A stretch of DNA of 64,000 nucleotides from an uncultured Gammaproteobacteria bacterium. GTDB lineage: Bacteria; Pseudomonadota; Gammaproteobacteria; UBA9214. Below, one piece after another: positions 1-13,417 of this stretch. Position 1 is the first letter of the stretch, and each line of letters opens with the position of its first letter. A model generated the notes under the pieces. It was not told where the DNA came from, made no database searches, and saw nothing but the letters and a program-made list of their open reading frames with translations. A program made the position numbers and the translations under genes. Location: the NCBI GenBank assembly GCA_963710815.1, contig CAVQCA010000154.1:8750-72749 (forward strand), read 5' to 3'.

Positions 1-986
1 CCGATCTTCATCACGGAGGCGATCATCAACGTGGGTTGCGCCATGAACAGCAGTGATGACACGGCGAGGACCACCGGCTGCGTCACCATACCCCACATGA
101 CCCCGAGATAGCGATGCATGAACGGCGTGATCAGCAGGTTGATCGCTATGGAGATCATCCCGAGCACACTGAAAAAACCGGAGATGTATTCGGTACGCGC
201 ATCGAGCGTCGTGTAGCTGCTCGCTACCGCCTTGATGAATTGATACTCGACTACCGGCTGCGCCAGCTGGGAGCACAGCAGTGAGCCGGCAATAAGTATC
301 AGGTAGCGGCTTTTAATCAGCGCCCGCCAGCCGCCCGCGAGGACCACCGGTCGCCCCTTGACCGGCACTTCACGATAGAGTCCCATGCGGCCCATGACAA
401 GATTCAGCAGAAAGGTAACGATCAGTATGCCCGCGCACGAGAGCAGCAGGTCAGGTGTTTTCATGGGGGTGAATTCCAGCATGGCCGTGGCGGCCGCCCC
501 GCCAATGACGCCGCCGAGCAGACCGCCGGTACCGATAAACCAGAAAGACCTGCGGCCCGCGTCGGTCCCGGTAACGGAATCGGTGAGACTCCAGAACTGT
601 TCCACCAGGATGACGCTGAATATATCGACGAAGATATAGAAGACAATCGAGACCACCGTTCCCCGCCAGTCCAGCGCCAGCCGGAAAACCACCAGCAGGA
701 CGATGAACATGAGGCAGGAACCGAGCACCACCGCAAGACGGCTGTAGCGTTCAACCAATCGGTGGTAGTAGCCGATAAAACTGCCAAGGACCAGGGCCGA
801 GGCAATCCATACCCAGGGGAAATTCTCCGAACCCCAGTACTCGATAAGCAGTGAACGGCTCGCCGACTTGACCTGGTAATACGCGAGAATTATCAGAAAA
901 AAGTTCGAGAACAGGATGATAGAGCGGACATCGAGAGAGTGCACATGCGTTTCCCCGTCCCTGTCTGCGGTGGATTTCGTCGGCAT
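1..986 (-). CDS. Npt1/Npt2 (AAA/TLC, NTP/NDP exchange) family nucleotide transporter, runs off window edge
   Basis: Not in the ORF track (no stop inside the window). Manual minus-strand translation from ATG at 986 is open to position 1: MPTKSTADRDGETHVHSLDVRSIILFSNFFLIILAYYQVKSASRSLLIEYWG...VDIFSVILVEQFWSLTDS...GTGGLLGGVIGG...SRYLILIAGSLLCSQLAQPVVEYQF. Multi-TM, with the YYxxKxxxRSL and FWSL motifs typical of the family. Confidence 0.85.
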   Translation of the reverse strand, partial: MPTKSTADRDGETHVHSLDVRSIILFSNFFLIILAYYQVKSASRSLLIEYWGSENFPWVWIASALVLGSFIGYYHRLVERYSRLAVVLGSCLMFIVLLVVFRLALDWRGTVVSIVFYIFVDIFSVILVEQFWSLTDSVTGTDAGRRSFWFIGTGGLLGGVIGGAAATAMLEFTPMKTPDLLLSCAGILIVTFLLNLVMGRMGLYREVPVKGRPVVLAGGWRALIKSRYLILIAGSLLCSQLAQPVVEYQFIKAVASSYTTLDARTEYISGFFSVLGMISIAINLLITPFMHRYLGVMWGMVTQPVVLAVSSLLFMAQPTLMIASVMKI

Positions 987-1018
987 TAACGTGAACGGCT
1001 GATTGACCCGGGTTTGAT

Positions 1019-1936
1019 ATGACTGTTATCATGCTACCGCATATGCCAATCGCACGTGCAGCCATTTTTGGACTACTCGTACTCGTCATGTCGAATCAGG
1101 CCCCGGCCGACGTCACGAGTTCCTACCCCTCCCTCTGGCAAAGCACCAATCACAATTTGCAGCGCCAGCTCGACAAGACGCTGACCCGACTCGGCCTCGA
1201 CAAGGCCGTGCACGACAGGAAACTGAGCGTTGCGCTGGTGGATATCACCCGTCTGGACAAACCGCGCGTGGCGTCGGTCAACGGCAATGAAATGCTATAT
1301 GCCGCCAGCCTCCCCAAGATCGCCATCCTGCTGGGTGCGTTTGTGGAGATCGAAGATGGCGAGATGAAGCTGAATCAGGACACCCGCGACTCGCTCACCC
1401 GGATGATCCGGGTATCATCGAATAAAGACGCCACCCGCATGCTGAATCGCGTCGGAAAAAACCGTTTGCTGAGCATACTGCAATCCAGAAAATTTCACCT
1501 TTACGATCCCAGGGTCAACGGCGGTCTCTGGGTCGGGAAGGAGTACGGCAAATCAGCCGCCTATCAGCGTGATCCCCTGCATAATCTCTCTCACGGCGCG
1601 ACCGCCATGCAGACCGCGAGATTCTACTATATGCTGGAAACCGGACGGCTGGTGGGTCCCAGGCTGACACGCGAGATGAAGGACATACTCGGGCACCCCG
1701 GCATCCATCACAAGTTTGTAAAGGGCCTCGCCGATTATCCGGATGTAAAGATCTATCGCAAATCGGGAACCTGGCGAGAATGGCATGCCGACAGCGCCAT
1801 CGTTGAGGCGCAGGGGCACAAATACATTATCGTAGCCCTGGCGGATGATCCCAGAGGCGGCACCTGGCTGAGTCGCCTGATCCAGCCCATACACCAGTTC
1901 ATGGTACCCACCCGGATGGCGAGTTCCACCCACTGA
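1019..1936 (+). CDS. Secreted serine hydrolase, class A beta-lactamase/PBP-like fold
   Basis: Signal-peptide-like N-terminus; SxxK (ASLPK), SxN (VSSN) and KSG (RKSGT) motifs in the expected order. Confidence 0.85.
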   Translation: MTVIMLPHMPIARAAIFGLLVLVMSNQAPADVTSSYPSLWQSTNHNLQRQLDKTLTRLGLDKAVHDRKLSVALVDITRLDKPRVASVNGNEMLYAASLPKIAILLGAFVEIEDGEMKLNQDTRDSLTRMIRVSSNKDATRMLNRVGKNRLLSILQSRKFHLYDPRVNGGLWVGKEYGKSAAYQRDPLHNLSHGATAMQTARFYYMLETGRLVGPRLTREMKDILGHPGIHHKFVKGLADYPDVKIYRKSGTWREWHADSAIVEAQGHKYIIVALADDPRGGTWLSRLIQPIHQFMVPTRMASSTH

Positions 1937-2205
1937 AGTTCCCGAAGCTCCGCCAGCGCCGGACACGGCTCTCCTCACGCGGTTTTCGCCGCCGCACGAT
2001 ACGTACAGGAGTTATGGATATTCATAACCCGTCCTGTGCGGTCTCCCGTTCGCGTGCCCGGAACTTTGCGATGACTATTCCCCCCTGTAAACTCTGCGCT
2101 GGCTATCGCTGCATCGTTGTCTCCCGGTCGCCGGCGGGAGAATCGCCAGTGACGTGGTCGCGAGAGCATCCCGGATGCCCGAGGTTCAGTGTTATGTCGC
2201 CTGTT

Positions 2206-3111
2206 ATGCCTGCCTGCCGCTTTCCTGTCCGCTGCACGGCCTGGAATGATCTCCTTCCCCTGTTCAGCCCGCGGGACAGCGCCAAGAGGTCCCGCGATCG
2301 CCGTTATTGCCTGGCAGCGGCGCTGTTGCTCTGCATCACCCTGGCGGGATGTGCGGAACCGGGAGTGGAACAGAACACGCATGAAATGCTGAACGCCACG
2401 CTCTGGCGGCAAACCTCGGCCGAATACCGGGCCATTGCCGAGCAGACCTATCGTCTGGCGCATGCAAATCTCGATCTGGCGCTGGCGGACCCGGGCTGGA
2501 CCGCCGCCCTGGAGCAGACCGGGGATGCTGCTGGCCTGCCTCCCGCAATCATTGTCGACCTCGACGAGACGATCCTCGATGACACCGGCTATGAAGTCCG
2601 CGTTATCCGGGATCTGGAAAGCTATACGCCGGAGAGTTTTGCCGAGTGGTGCCGTGAGGTGAACGCCCCCGCCATCCCGGGCGCCCGGGAGTTTCTCGAC
2701 TATGCGGATGCTCATGGAGTCACCGTTTTTTACTACAGTGCGCGCAAAGCGGCACTGCGTGAATGCACCACCAGGAACCTGCGGGAACTCCACCTGCCCT
2801 TCCCCGACGACACGCGGCTGTTGCTGACCGATGGAGAAAGCAAGTCGGACCACCGTGCCAGTATTGCCCGACACTATCGTATCCTGCTCCTGGTAGGCGA
2901 TAACCTGGAGGATTTCATGGCCGGTTCCAAAGCCGACCCCTCCGTCCGCCGCACGCAGGCCGGGCGTTACGCGCAGCGCTGGGGCCGTGAATGGATCATT
3001 CTGCCCAATCCCATGTACGGGCAATGGGAAGCCGCAAGCTACGGGTTCGATTCCCGATTGTCGAGACCGGAGCAGTTGAAGCGGAAGCTTCTCATGCTGC
3101 AGGAGCAGTGA
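2206..3111 (+). CDS. Lipoprotein e(P4)-family 5'-nucleotidase / class C acid phosphatase (start uncertain)
   Basis: Lipobox LAGC, HAD motif IIVDLDETILD, LLVGDNLEDF and IILPNPMYGQWE. The ORF is open from 2014; 2206 is the last ATG before the lipobox. Confidence 0.85.
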   Translation: MPACRFPVRCTAWNDLLPLFSPRDSAKRSRDRRYCLAAALLLCITLAGCAEPGVEQNTHEMLNATLWRQTSAEYRAIAEQTYRLAHANLDLALADPGWTAALEQTGDAAGLPPAIIVDLDETILDDTGYEVRVIRDLESYTPESFAEWCREVNAPAIPGAREFLDYADAHGVTVFYYSARKAALRECTTRNLRELHLPFPDDTRLLLTDGESKSDHRASIARHYRILLLVGDNLEDFMAGSKADPSVRRTQAGRYAQRWGREWIILPNPMYGQWEAASYGFDSRLSRPEQLKRKLLMLQEQ

Positions 3112-3175
3112 TGGTATACAAGACCGTTATCTCAACGGCAGTGTCAATACACGATTCGTATCAAGGAGTCATTCG

Positions 3176-4087
3176 ATGATCCGCAGCTGCAAGTATCTCT
3201 TCCCCGCGCTCGTGTTTACCCTGGGCGTCCTTGCGGCCCTGCCGGCCGGCGCCGTGCCGACGACCGGGCAACTGGCCAACATGGCCTATATGGGCATCTA
3301 TGAAAAGCCGGTGACCTTGAAAAACGGCCGCTGGGAGGGCAAACCCTTCATGGCAGGCGGCAGCTCCCGTCCCGCCGTCAGACTGGTCAAGGATTTCATG
3401 CTGACCGGCGACCTCGATAACGATGGCAGTGATGAGGCCGTCGTCCTGCTCCGGGAGAGTTCCGGCGGTTCGGGCAGCTATAATTACATCGCCGTGGTGG
3501 GAATGCTTAACGGGAAACCCTTCAATCTGGGTACGGCCCTGATCGGCGACCGCATCCAGGTGCGTGACGGCCGCATCGACGGCAACAGGATCGAACTCGA
3601 CGTAGTGGAGTCTGGACCCCGGGACGCCTCCTGCTGTCCCTCGCAAAAAGCCACGCGCTCCTGGACACTCGATGCGACGGGCCTGCATGTCAATGCCCCG
3701 CGTAACACCGGCACACTGTCTCTGGCCGATCTCGCGGGTCCGGAATGGGTGCTGAGCCGCTTTAACCAGGACGAGCCGCTGGCGGCACAGCCTGAAATCA
3801 CGCTGGTCTTTGACGGCAATCGCATTTCCGGCAAGAGCGCCTGCAATCGTTATTTTGCCGGTGTAAAACCGGCCAGTGAACTGCCCGACGAGATCAGGGT
3901 GAGCGGGATCGGCAGCACCCGCATGGCCTGCCCGGACGAGGTCATGGCGCTGGAAACCCGCTACCTGGAGGCGCTTGCGGATGTCACACGTTTCAACTTC
4001 GTGGCCGGCAAGCTCGCACTCACCTGGAAGAAGGATGGTGCGACCCACACCATGCTGTTTGTTCCCCGTCAACCGAAGCAGCAATAG
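3176..4087 (+). CDS. Exported META-domain (HslJ-like) protein with an additional N-terminal domain
   Basis: Signal peptide; C-terminal LAGPEWVL...ISGKSACNRYF...IGSTRMACP...ETRYLEAL is the META pattern. Confidence 0.8.
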   Translation: MIRSCKYLFPALVFTLGVLAALPAGAVPTTGQLANMAYMGIYEKPVTLKNGRWEGKPFMAGGSSRPAVRLVKDFMLTGDLDNDGSDEAVVLLRESSGGSGSYNYIAVVGMLNGKPFNLGTALIGDRIQVRDGRIDGNRIELDVVESGPRDASCCPSQKATRSWTLDATGLHVNAPRNTGTLSLADLAGPEWVLSRFNQDEPLAAQPEITLVFDGNRISGKSACNRYFAGVKPASELPDEIRVSGIGSTRMACPDEVMALETRYLEALADVTRFNFVAGKLALTWKKDGATHTMLFVPRQPKQQ

Positions 4088-4120
4088 CGCGCGCAGGGTT
4101 GGCCGTCTCGGGCGTGTCGA

Positions 4121-5443
<1,323 letters not shown>

Positions 5444-5571
5444 TCACGGGCGCAGTCCCGATCGTCCCATGATTCACGGGCGGTTATGGTACACGCAGAC
5501 CGTATCGCGTGCATCGTTGCCGGGGACGATCGACCCCTCGTCGTACGCCACGCCGCCCGGCCCGTTACGCC

Positions 5572-6927
5572 TCATTCCTTGAATTTCCCGTCCAGTTCCC
5601 GCAGGTGGGCGAGTTTCTCGGCAATCCGGATTTCCAGTCCGCGATTGACCGGCCGGTAATAACGCACCGGCGACATGCCCTCGGGAAAGTAATGCTCACC
5701 GGCGGCATAGGCCTCCGGTTCGTCATGAGCGTAGCGGTAGGCCTTGCCATAACCCAGTTCCTTCATGAGGCGTGTAGGGGCGTTGCGCAGGTGGACGGGC
5801 ACCTCGAGCGAGCCGGTTTTCCCGACGTCGGACCGGGCGGCGTTATAGGCGGTGTAGACGGCGTTGCTCTTGGCCGCGCAGGCGAGATAGAGCACCGCCT
5901 GCGCCAGCGCCAGTTCGCCTTCCGGGCTGCCCAGCCGCTCCATGACGTCCCAGGCATCCAGGGCCAGAGCCAGGGCGCGCGGATCGGCGTTGCCGATGTC
6001 CTCGGAGGCCATGCGCACCAGGCGGCGGGCGATGTAGAGCGGGTCGCAGCCGCCATCCAGCATGCGCACCAGCCAGTAGAGGGAAGCATCGGGGGAGGAG
6101 CCGCGCACCGACTTGTGCAGGGCCGAGATCTGGTCGTAGAAATCGTCACCGCCCTTGTCGAAGCGGCGCATCCCGCCGGCGATGACTTCATTCAACACGG
6201 CTTCAGGGATGACGCCGTTCGTCTCCGCGAGATCGGCGGCGATCTCGAGCAGGTTGAGCGCCCGCCGGGCATCACCGTCCGCGGCCTGCGCCAGGCGGTC
6301 GCGCAATGCCTCCTCCAGCACCAGCGCACGCTCGCCGAGTCCGTGCTCGCGGTCCTCGAGTGCGGCATCGACAATGCGGCGCAGGGCATCGGGCTCCAGC
6401 CGTTTCAGGGTGTAGGTCCGGGCCCGGGACAGCAACGCACTGTTGAGTTCAAAAGAGGGATTCTCGGTCGTGGCGCCGATGAAGATGATGGTGCCGTTTT
6501 CCACGTAGGGAAGGAAGGCATCCTGCTGCGCCTTGTTGAAGCGGTGCGCCTCATCGATGAACAGGATGGTCAGGCGTCCTTCCTGGGCGCGTACCCGTGC
6601 GGCGGTCTCAACGGCGGCGCGGATATCCTTGACACCGGCCATGACCGCCGAGAGGATGAGAAACTCGGCGTTGGTCTGCTCCGCGAACAGTTTCGCCAGC
6701 GTGGTCTTGCCGGTCCCCGGGGGTCCCCACAGGATCATGGAATGAAGCTGACCCTGTTCGATCGCGCGGCGCAGGGGTTTCCCGGGTCCGAGGATATGCG
6801 ACTGGCCGGTGAAGGCATCCAGCGAGCGCGGCCTCATCCGGTCGGCCAACGGCCGCCAGGTGTCTGTACCAGGGCCTGTTAACACATGTATGGTCGTCGC
6901 GGCGGCGCGGGCCTTGCGCCGGTTCAC
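5572..6927 (-). CDS. rarA: Replication-associated recombination protein A (MgsA)
   Basis: PLADRMRP, Walker [31 protein letters not shown]; GTG start overlaps the lolA stop. Confidence 0.97.
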   Translation of the reverse strand: MNRRKARAAATTIHVLTGPGTDTWRPLADRMRPRSLDAFTGQSHILGPGKPLRRAIEQGQLHSMILWGPPGTGKTTLAKLFAEQTNAEFLILSAVMAGVKDIRAAVETAARVRAQEGRLTILFIDEAHRFNKAQQDAFLPYVENGTIIFIGATTENPSFELNSALLSRARTYTLKRLEPDALRRIVDAALEDREHGLGERALVLEEALRDRLAQAADGDARRALNLLEIAADLAETNGVIPEAVLNEVIAGGMRRFDKGGDDFYDQISALHKSVRGSSPDASLYWLVRMLDGGCDPLYIARRLVRMASEDIGNADPRALALALDAWDVMERLGSPEGELALAQAVLYLACAAKSNAVYTAYNAARSDVGKTGSLEVPVHLRNAPTRLMKELGYGKAYRYAHDEPEAYAAGEHYFPEGMSPVRYYRPVNRGLEIRIAEKLAHLRELDGKFKE

Positions 6928-7562
6928 CCGGGGTCGCCGACGACATCCACATCCGGCGGCGGTACGAAGTGGAAAATGCCCTCGCCCACCGGGCCATTGC
7001 GCACCAGTTTGCTGAAGGTGAACGTGGTGCTGTTGCCGAATTTGTCCCTGGCTTCAATGCGCGAGAGCGTGCCTTTCGTAAAGAAGAGGCGGACATCAAC
7101 GACGTTACTGTCATCGTTCTTCGGCGTAAGCAGGACTTCCTGTTCACCGTCGGATGCGGGCTGTGCCTGCATCCGGAAGACCTTTTCAAGCGGCTCATTG
7201 CCGCTCAGCAGCATGGCGGGCGTGGCACTGAACACCTTGTCCATCGGCTGTACGCTGACCTGCGCCAGGTCTTCGTCATAGGACCAGAGGTGCTTTCCAT
7301 CCGCCACAAGCTGCTGTTTATAGGGTGTCCGGTAATTCCAGCGGAATCTTCCCGGCCGCAGGATCCAGACGTGGCCGTCGGACTCCTGTTGCACCTCGCC
7401 TTTGCTGGTGAGGACCTGCTGGTGGAAATCCGCCTCCAGGGTATGCAGGTCCGTGAAGAAGGCATGAACGGTATCCATGGCGCTGCCCGCGAGGACCTGC
7501 GGACTCGCCAGAAGACAAGCCGCGAGCGCGAGAAAACGCGGCAAATGCCACAGTCTGCGCAT
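6924..7562 (-). CDS. lolA: Outer-membrane lipoprotein chaperone LolA
   Basis: Signal peptide, [24 protein letters not shown]-terminal F-x-F-x-PP-x-xDV; sits between ftsK and rarA. Confidence 0.95.
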   Translation of the reverse strand: MRRLWHLPRFLALAACLLASPQVLAGSAMDTVHAFFTDLHTLEADFHQQVLTSKGEVQQESDGHVWILRPGRFRWNYRTPYKQQLVADGKHLWSYDEDLAQVSVQPMDKVFSATPAMLLSGNEPLEKVFRMQAQPASDGEQEVLLTPKNDDSNVVDVRLFFTKGTLSRIEARDKFGNSTTFTFSKLVRNGPVGEGIFHFVPPPDVDVVGDPG

Positions 7563-9868
7563 CAGGCATCAACCGGCGGTGGCGCCAGCACCTCGCGACT
7601 GCCGTTGGATTGCGCCGGGCCGACGACCCCGGTTTGCTCCATGTGTTCGATCATGCGGGCGGCGCGGTTGTAACCGATCTTGAGGCGGCGCTGCACGCCC
7701 GAAATCGAGGCACGCCGGGTTTCGGTCACGATGGACACAGCCTGGTCATACAGGGGATCCGACTCCGTGTCATCGCCTCCTCCCTCGTCGCCTGCCAGTC
7801 CGGGTACCGCGTCGGAGGATGACTCGAGGATCTCCGTCATGTAATCCGGTTCGGACCGACCCTTGAGGTGGCCGACCACCTTGTGCACTTCCTGATCGGA
7901 GACGAATGCGCCATGCACGCGCACCGGCACGGAAGTCCCGGGCATCATGTAAAGCATGTCGCCATGTCCGAGCAAGGCCTCGGCGCCCATCTGGTCGAGG
8001 ATGGTGCGCGAATCCACCTTGGCCGAGACCTGAAAGGCAATGCGGGTCGGGATATTGGCCTTGATCAGGCCGGTGATGACATCCACCGAGGGCCGCTGGG
8101 TCGCGAGGATCAGGTGTACGCCGGAAGCGCGCGCCTTCTGCGCCAGCCGCGCGATGAGTTCCTCCACCTTCTTGCCGACGACCATCATCATGTCGGCCAG
8201 TTCATCGACGATGATCACGATAAAGGGCAGTGGCTGCAGCACCGGGTGCTCGGTGCCCTCCAGCATCTCTTCGGGAATGAACAACGGATCGGGGATCGGT
8301 TCGCCCGCCTCTTCGGCGTCTTTCACCTTGCGGTTGTAATTGGCGATATTACGCACACCCAGCGCCGCCATCAGCTTGTAGCGGCGTTCCATTTCACCGA
8401 CGCACCAGCGCAAGGCGTTGGCGGCTTCCTTCATGTCGGTCACTACCGGGGTCAGCAGGTGGGGAATGCCTTCATAGATGGACAACTCGAGCATTTTCGG
8501 ATCGATCATGATGAGCCGGACGTCTTTCGGCAGCGTCTTGTAGAGCAGGCTGAGAATCATCGCATTGATGGCGACGGACTTGCCGGAGCCGGTTGTACCG
8601 GCAACCAGCAGGTGCGGCATCCGTGCGAGATCGGCCACCACCGGCTGCCCGCCAATATCCTTGCCCAGGGCCAGCGTCAGCGGCGAGTGCGAGCTGTCGT
8701 ATTCCTCCGAGCTCAGAATCTCGCTCAGGCTGATGATGTCGCGGTGTTCATTGGGTATCTCGAGCCCGATGACCGATTTTCCGGGAATGACCTCCACGAT
8801 ACGCACGCTGATCGCCGACAGCGCGCGCGCGATGTCCTTGGCGAGGTTGGACACCTGGCTGACCTTCACCCCGGCGCCCAGATCGAGTTCGAAGCGCGTG
8901 ATGACCGGACCGGGGTGAACTTCCACCACCTGCACCTCGATGTTGAAATCCAGCAGCTTCATCTCCACGAGGCGCGACATGGCCTCCAGTGCCGACGGCG
9001 AGTACCCCTCCCCCGACGGTCGCGGCGGATCGAGCAATGACAGGGGCGGCAACTCGGTATTCGGTGGCGGATCGAACAACGGCACCTGCCGCTCACGCTC
9101 CTGGCGTTCACTTCTCTGGACCGGCTTGATCACCGGTTCGATGCGCGGCGGCTTGCGGTTGGCGGTTTTTTCCTGAATGGTCCGCACGTGCTCCTGGCGC
9201 TGCCGCTGCGCCCGCCAGCCGGCGATATATTCCGGCAGCCGACCGGCCATGGCATAGACATTGTCCGCCGCGAGGAGAAAGTATTTTCCGGTAAAATCCA
9301 TGACCGAGAGCCAGGACAGACCGGTAAACAGCGTGACCCCGGTGAGAAACAGGGCCAGCAGGAACAGGTTAGCGCCCACCGGACTGAACAGGCCTGCCAG
9401 GCCCGAGCCCACCACACTGCCGAGTACGCCTCCGGCGCCGGCCGGCAATGCCCCCGAGGACAACCCGAATTCCAGCGCGGCCAGCCCGCAGCCGGCGCCC
9501 ACCGTCAACAGGAATCCGGACCAGCGAATCGCCAGGATATGCAGATCGATCCCGCCGCCGGGTGAACGCCCCCTGAAGACCAGCCAGCCGCTGTAGGCGA
9601 GCATGACGGGCAGCAGGTAGGCGAGGTAACCGAGGAGGTACAGCAATATGTCCGCCAGCCAGGCGCCGACCACACCGCCGGAATTGCGAATACCGTGAAG
9701 CGTGCCGCTGTGTGACCAGCCCGGATCGAGTGAGTAATAACTGGCCAGGGACACTAGCAGATAAATACCCAGCGTGCCGAGTATGAGCAGCGCCGCCTCG
9801 CGCAAGCCCCGTGTGACATGATGAGCCAGCCTGCCTTTCTCTTCCTTTTTGCGTCGTGCCTGAGCCAA
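7562..9868 (-). CDS. ftsK: DNA translocase FtsK
   Basis: N-terminal 4TM domain, [36 protein letters not shown], gamma domain IGYNRAAR. Confidence 0.98.
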   Translation of the reverse strand: MAQARRKKEEKGRLAHHVTRGLREAALLILGTLGIYLLVSLASYYSLDPGWSHSGTLHGIRNSGGVVGAWLADILLYLLGYLAYLLPVMLAYSGWLVFRGRSPGGGIDLHILAIRWSGFLLTVGAGCGLAALEFGLSSGALPAGAGGVLGSVVGSGLAGLFSPVGANLFLLALFLTGVTLFTGLSWLSVMDFTGKYFLLAADNVYAMAGRLPEYIAGWRAQRQRQEHVRTIQEKTANRKPPRIEPVIKPVQRSERQERERQVPLFDPPPNTELPPLSLLDPPRPSGEGYSPSALEAMSRLVEMKLLDFNIEVQVVEVHPGPVITRFELDLGAGVKVSQVSNLAKDIARALSAISVRIVEVIPGKSVIGLEIPNEHRDIISLSEILSSEEYDSSHSPLTLALGKDIGGQPVVADLARMPHLLVAGTTGSGKSVAINAMILSLLYKTLPKDVRLIMIDPKMLELSIYEGIPHLLTPVVTDMKEAANALRWCVGEMERRYKLMAALGVRNIANYNRKVKDAEEAGEPIPDPLFIPEEMLEGTEHPVLQPLPFIVIIVDELADMMMVVGKKVEELIARLAQKARASGVHLILATQRPSVDVITGLIKANIPTRIAFQVSAKVDSRTILDQMGAEALLGHGDMLYMMPGTSVPVRVHGAFVSDQEVHKVVGHLKGRSEPDYMTEILESSSDAVPGLAGDEGGGDDTESDPLYDQAVSIVTETRRASISGVQRRLKIGYNRAARMIEHMEQTGVVGPAQSNGSREVLAPPPVDA

Positions 9869-9921
9869 AATAATCCTCTTTAGTAACTATATGGGCCAAT
9901 GCGCTAATTTAATTGTCTTTA

Positions 9922-10995
9922 CTATATCAGGCAAACATTTCTTTCAGCGCTGGATGCACCATCTTCACCGGCTTCGACATTGATTCCCCGGGTCAACGCT
10001 TTGCAAGTTTTCCAGTCCGGTCGTGCCATGGCGAGCACATAGGGCAGTAAGGCGGCCGACAGGACCTGTGAAGCGGTCCTGGGTACGGCGCCCGGCATGT
10101 TCGTAACTGCGAAATGGATGATGCCGTCCACCTCATAGGTCGGATTTTCGTAAGTGGTCGGCCGTGTGGTCTCCACGCACCCCCCCTGATCGACGGCGAT
10201 GTCGATGACCACGCCGCCGGCTTGCATTTGGCCGATCATCCGACGCGTAACGACGTGCGGCGCCCGGGCGCCGGTCTTCAGCACGGCACCAATCACGAGG
10301 TCTGCCCGGCCCACTTCGCGCGCCACCGCGTCCGCATAGGGATACAGGCCGGTCACATTGTCACCCAAGGCGCGCATCGCCGCCAGCCGGTCACGGTTGA
10401 TATCGAAGACCACCACTTCCGCACCGGCCGCGGCAGCGAGTATCGCGGCACTGCCGCCTGCGGTTCCGGCGCCGATGATCACCACGCGCCCGCGTTCGGC
10501 AGCTGGCAGGCCGCCCAGGAGCAGACCCTTGCCGCCTTGCGGCTGATGCAGGAGACAGGTCCCAACCTGAGTGGCGATGCGCCCGGCGATATCGCTCATC
10601 GGCGCAAGCAGCGGCAGGCGGCCCGCGTCATCCTCGACGGTTTCGAACGCCACCGCGGTCAGACCGATCTCCCGCAGCCGGCGACCCAGATCCGGTTCCG
10701 CGGCCAGATGGAGAAAGGAAAACAGCAGGTGTCCCCTGCCGAGCAGCGCCAGCTCGCTGGCCTGGGGTTCCTTGACCTTGAGGATCAGTTGCGCACCCGC
10801 GTAGACCTCCGCGGGTCCGCGCACTATAGTGACCCCGATGGCGGAATAATCTTCATCGCGGTAACCGGACAGGATGCCGGCGCCCTGTTCCAGGAGGAGG
10901 GTGTGGCCGGCATCGAGCAACGGTCCGCAGGCTTCGGGTATCAGCGCGACCCGCCCCTCCCTGGGTTTGATCTCTCGGGGAATTCCTATGCGCAT
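9922..10995 (-). CDS. ald: Alanine dehydrogenase (last ~13 residues probably frameshifted)
   Basis: MRIGIPREIK start at 10995, KVKEP, LLAPMSDIAGR, DIAVDQGGCVET, FAVTNMPGAVP. A one-base shift at ~9964 gives a more canonical end, MVHPALKEMFA* (TGA 9927-9929). Confidence 0.93.
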   Translation of the reverse strand: MRIGIPREIKPREGRVALIPEACGPLLDAGHTLLLEQGAGILSGYRDEDYSAIGVTIVRGPAEVYAGAQLILKVKEPQASELALLGRGHLLFSFLHLAAEPDLGRRLREIGLTAVAFETVEDDAGRLPLLAPMSDIAGRIATQVGTCLLHQPQGGKGLLLGGLPAAERGRVVIIGAGTAGGSAAILAAAAGAEVVVFDINRDRLAAMRALGDNVTGLYPYADAVAREVGRADLVIGAVLKTGARAPHVVTRRMIGQMQAGGVVIDIAVDQGGCVETTRPTTYENPTYEVDGIIHFAVTNMPGAVPRTASQVLSAALLPYVLAMARPDWKTCKALTRGINVEAGEDGASSAERNVCLI

Positions 10996-11155
10996 GCTTG
11001 CTTTACCCTGCCTTCCAACTTTCGTACCATAACCCGTGGCCTTCCATGCGTCCTGTCGAGCCGTTCCGTGCAGTTGACTGCGACTGCAATCCCCGCCGAC
11101 CTTCAGATAATGCAACGCCTGTTCGTCAGCGGCACTGTCGATCCAAAGGGAGTAA

Positions 11156-12118
<963 letters not shown>

Positions 12119-12262
12119 ACGGCGGCGGGGGACTCTCGCCGCGCACGGCCGCCCGCCATCGTCCGCAGCCCCGGGCGACGTTCACGGGCCAGGCTTCACC
12201 GGACGCGAATCATCCCGCGGCGCCGCGGGTCACAACCACGATTTTGCACGCCGCTCCTGAGC

Positions 12263-13417
12263 ATGCGTACCGAAGTCATTACACGGCTGGCGGATATTCC
12301 CGCGGATGAGTGGAATCGGGTAACGGGCACCGCCAACCCGTTTCTGCGCCACGAGTTCCTGGCGGCCCTTGAACGCCACAATTGCGTCGGCGAGGCCTTC
12401 GGGTGGTATCCGCAGCACATCGCGGTATTCGATGACACCGGCGCGCTCGCTGGCGTCGCGCCCATGTACCTCAAGGACAATTCCTACGGTGAATTCGTCT
12501 TCGACTGGTCATGGGCCGATGCCTGCCACCGCGCCGGCAAGCCCTATTACCCGAAGCTGGTCTCCGCCATACCGTATACCCCCGTCACCGGACCGCGCCT
12601 GCTGGTCAGGGACGATGCCGATCCCGCAAATGTCAGGGGTCTTCTCATCGACACGGCGCTCATGCTGGCAAGGCAAACGCACTGCTCGTCCCTGCACTGG
12701 TTGTTTACCGACGCCGGGGACACCGGGACCCTGCTCGGTCACCACTTCATGCGCCGCACCGGCTGCCATTTCCACTGGCATGACCAGGGCTACCATTCCT
12801 TCGAGGATTTCCTCTCCCGTCTGAATTCACGCAAGCGCAAGCAGATCAGGCGCGAACGGCGTTATGTCGAGGAGGCCGGCATCCGCATGCAGATCATCCA
12901 TGGCCACGAGGCCGGTGAATCGCTGTGGCGGATCATGCACGAGTTCTACCGCTCCACCTTCGAGAAAAAATCCGGCATTCCGACTCTCTCGCTGGAATTC
13001 TTTCTCGATATCAGCCGCAGCATGGGCGAGCAGATCGTGCTGGTATTCGCCTGGCAGGGCGCGCAGGCGGTTGCCGGCGCCATCAACCTGCGTGGCGACA
13101 AGGCGCTCTACGGCCGGCACTGGGGCTGCAGCGGGTACTATCACAGCCTGCATTTCGAGGCCTGTTACTACCAGGGTATCGAGTACTGCATCGAAAACCG
13201 GCTGAACCTGTTCGAACCGGGCGCCCAGGGCGAGCACAAGATCATCCGCGGTTTCCTGCCGACCCTGACCTGGTCGACGCACTGGATCGAGGACCCGCGT
13301 TTCCGCCAGGCGGTCGCACAATTTCTCGTCAGGGAGCATGAATCGGTGCTTGAGTATCGGGATGAAATGCAGCGTTATTCTCCGTACCGCGAACCCGCGC
13401 CGGGGACCGATGCATGA
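12263..13417 (+). CDS. DUF482 / FemAB-like GNAT-fold protein of unknown function
   Basis: [66 protein letters not shown]. Confidence 0.9.
   Translation: MRTEVITRLADIPADEWNRVTGTANPFLRHEFLAALERHNCVGEAFGWYPQHIAVFDDTGALAGVAPMYLKDNSYGEFVFDWSWADACHRAGKPYYPKLVSAIPYTPVTGPRLLVRDDADPANVRGLLIDTALMLARQTHCSSLHWLFTDAGDTGTLLGHHFMRRTGCHFHWHDQGYHSFEDFLSRLNSRKRKQIRRERRYVEEAGIRMQIIHGHEAGESLWRIMHEFYRSTFEKKSGIPTLSLEFFLDISRSMGEQIVLVFAWQGAQAVAGAINLRGDKALYGRHWGCSGYYHSLHFEACYYQGIEYCIENRLNLFEPGAQGEHKIIRGFLPTLTWSTHWIEDPRFRQAVAQFLVREHESVLEYRDEMQRYSPYREPAPGTDA

Noticed and set aside
6868-6886. AGGGCCTGTTAACAC resembling a repeat/IS terminus inside the rarA 5' end
   Set aside because: Only one half is present, with no partner IR or second copy in the window; may be coincidence.
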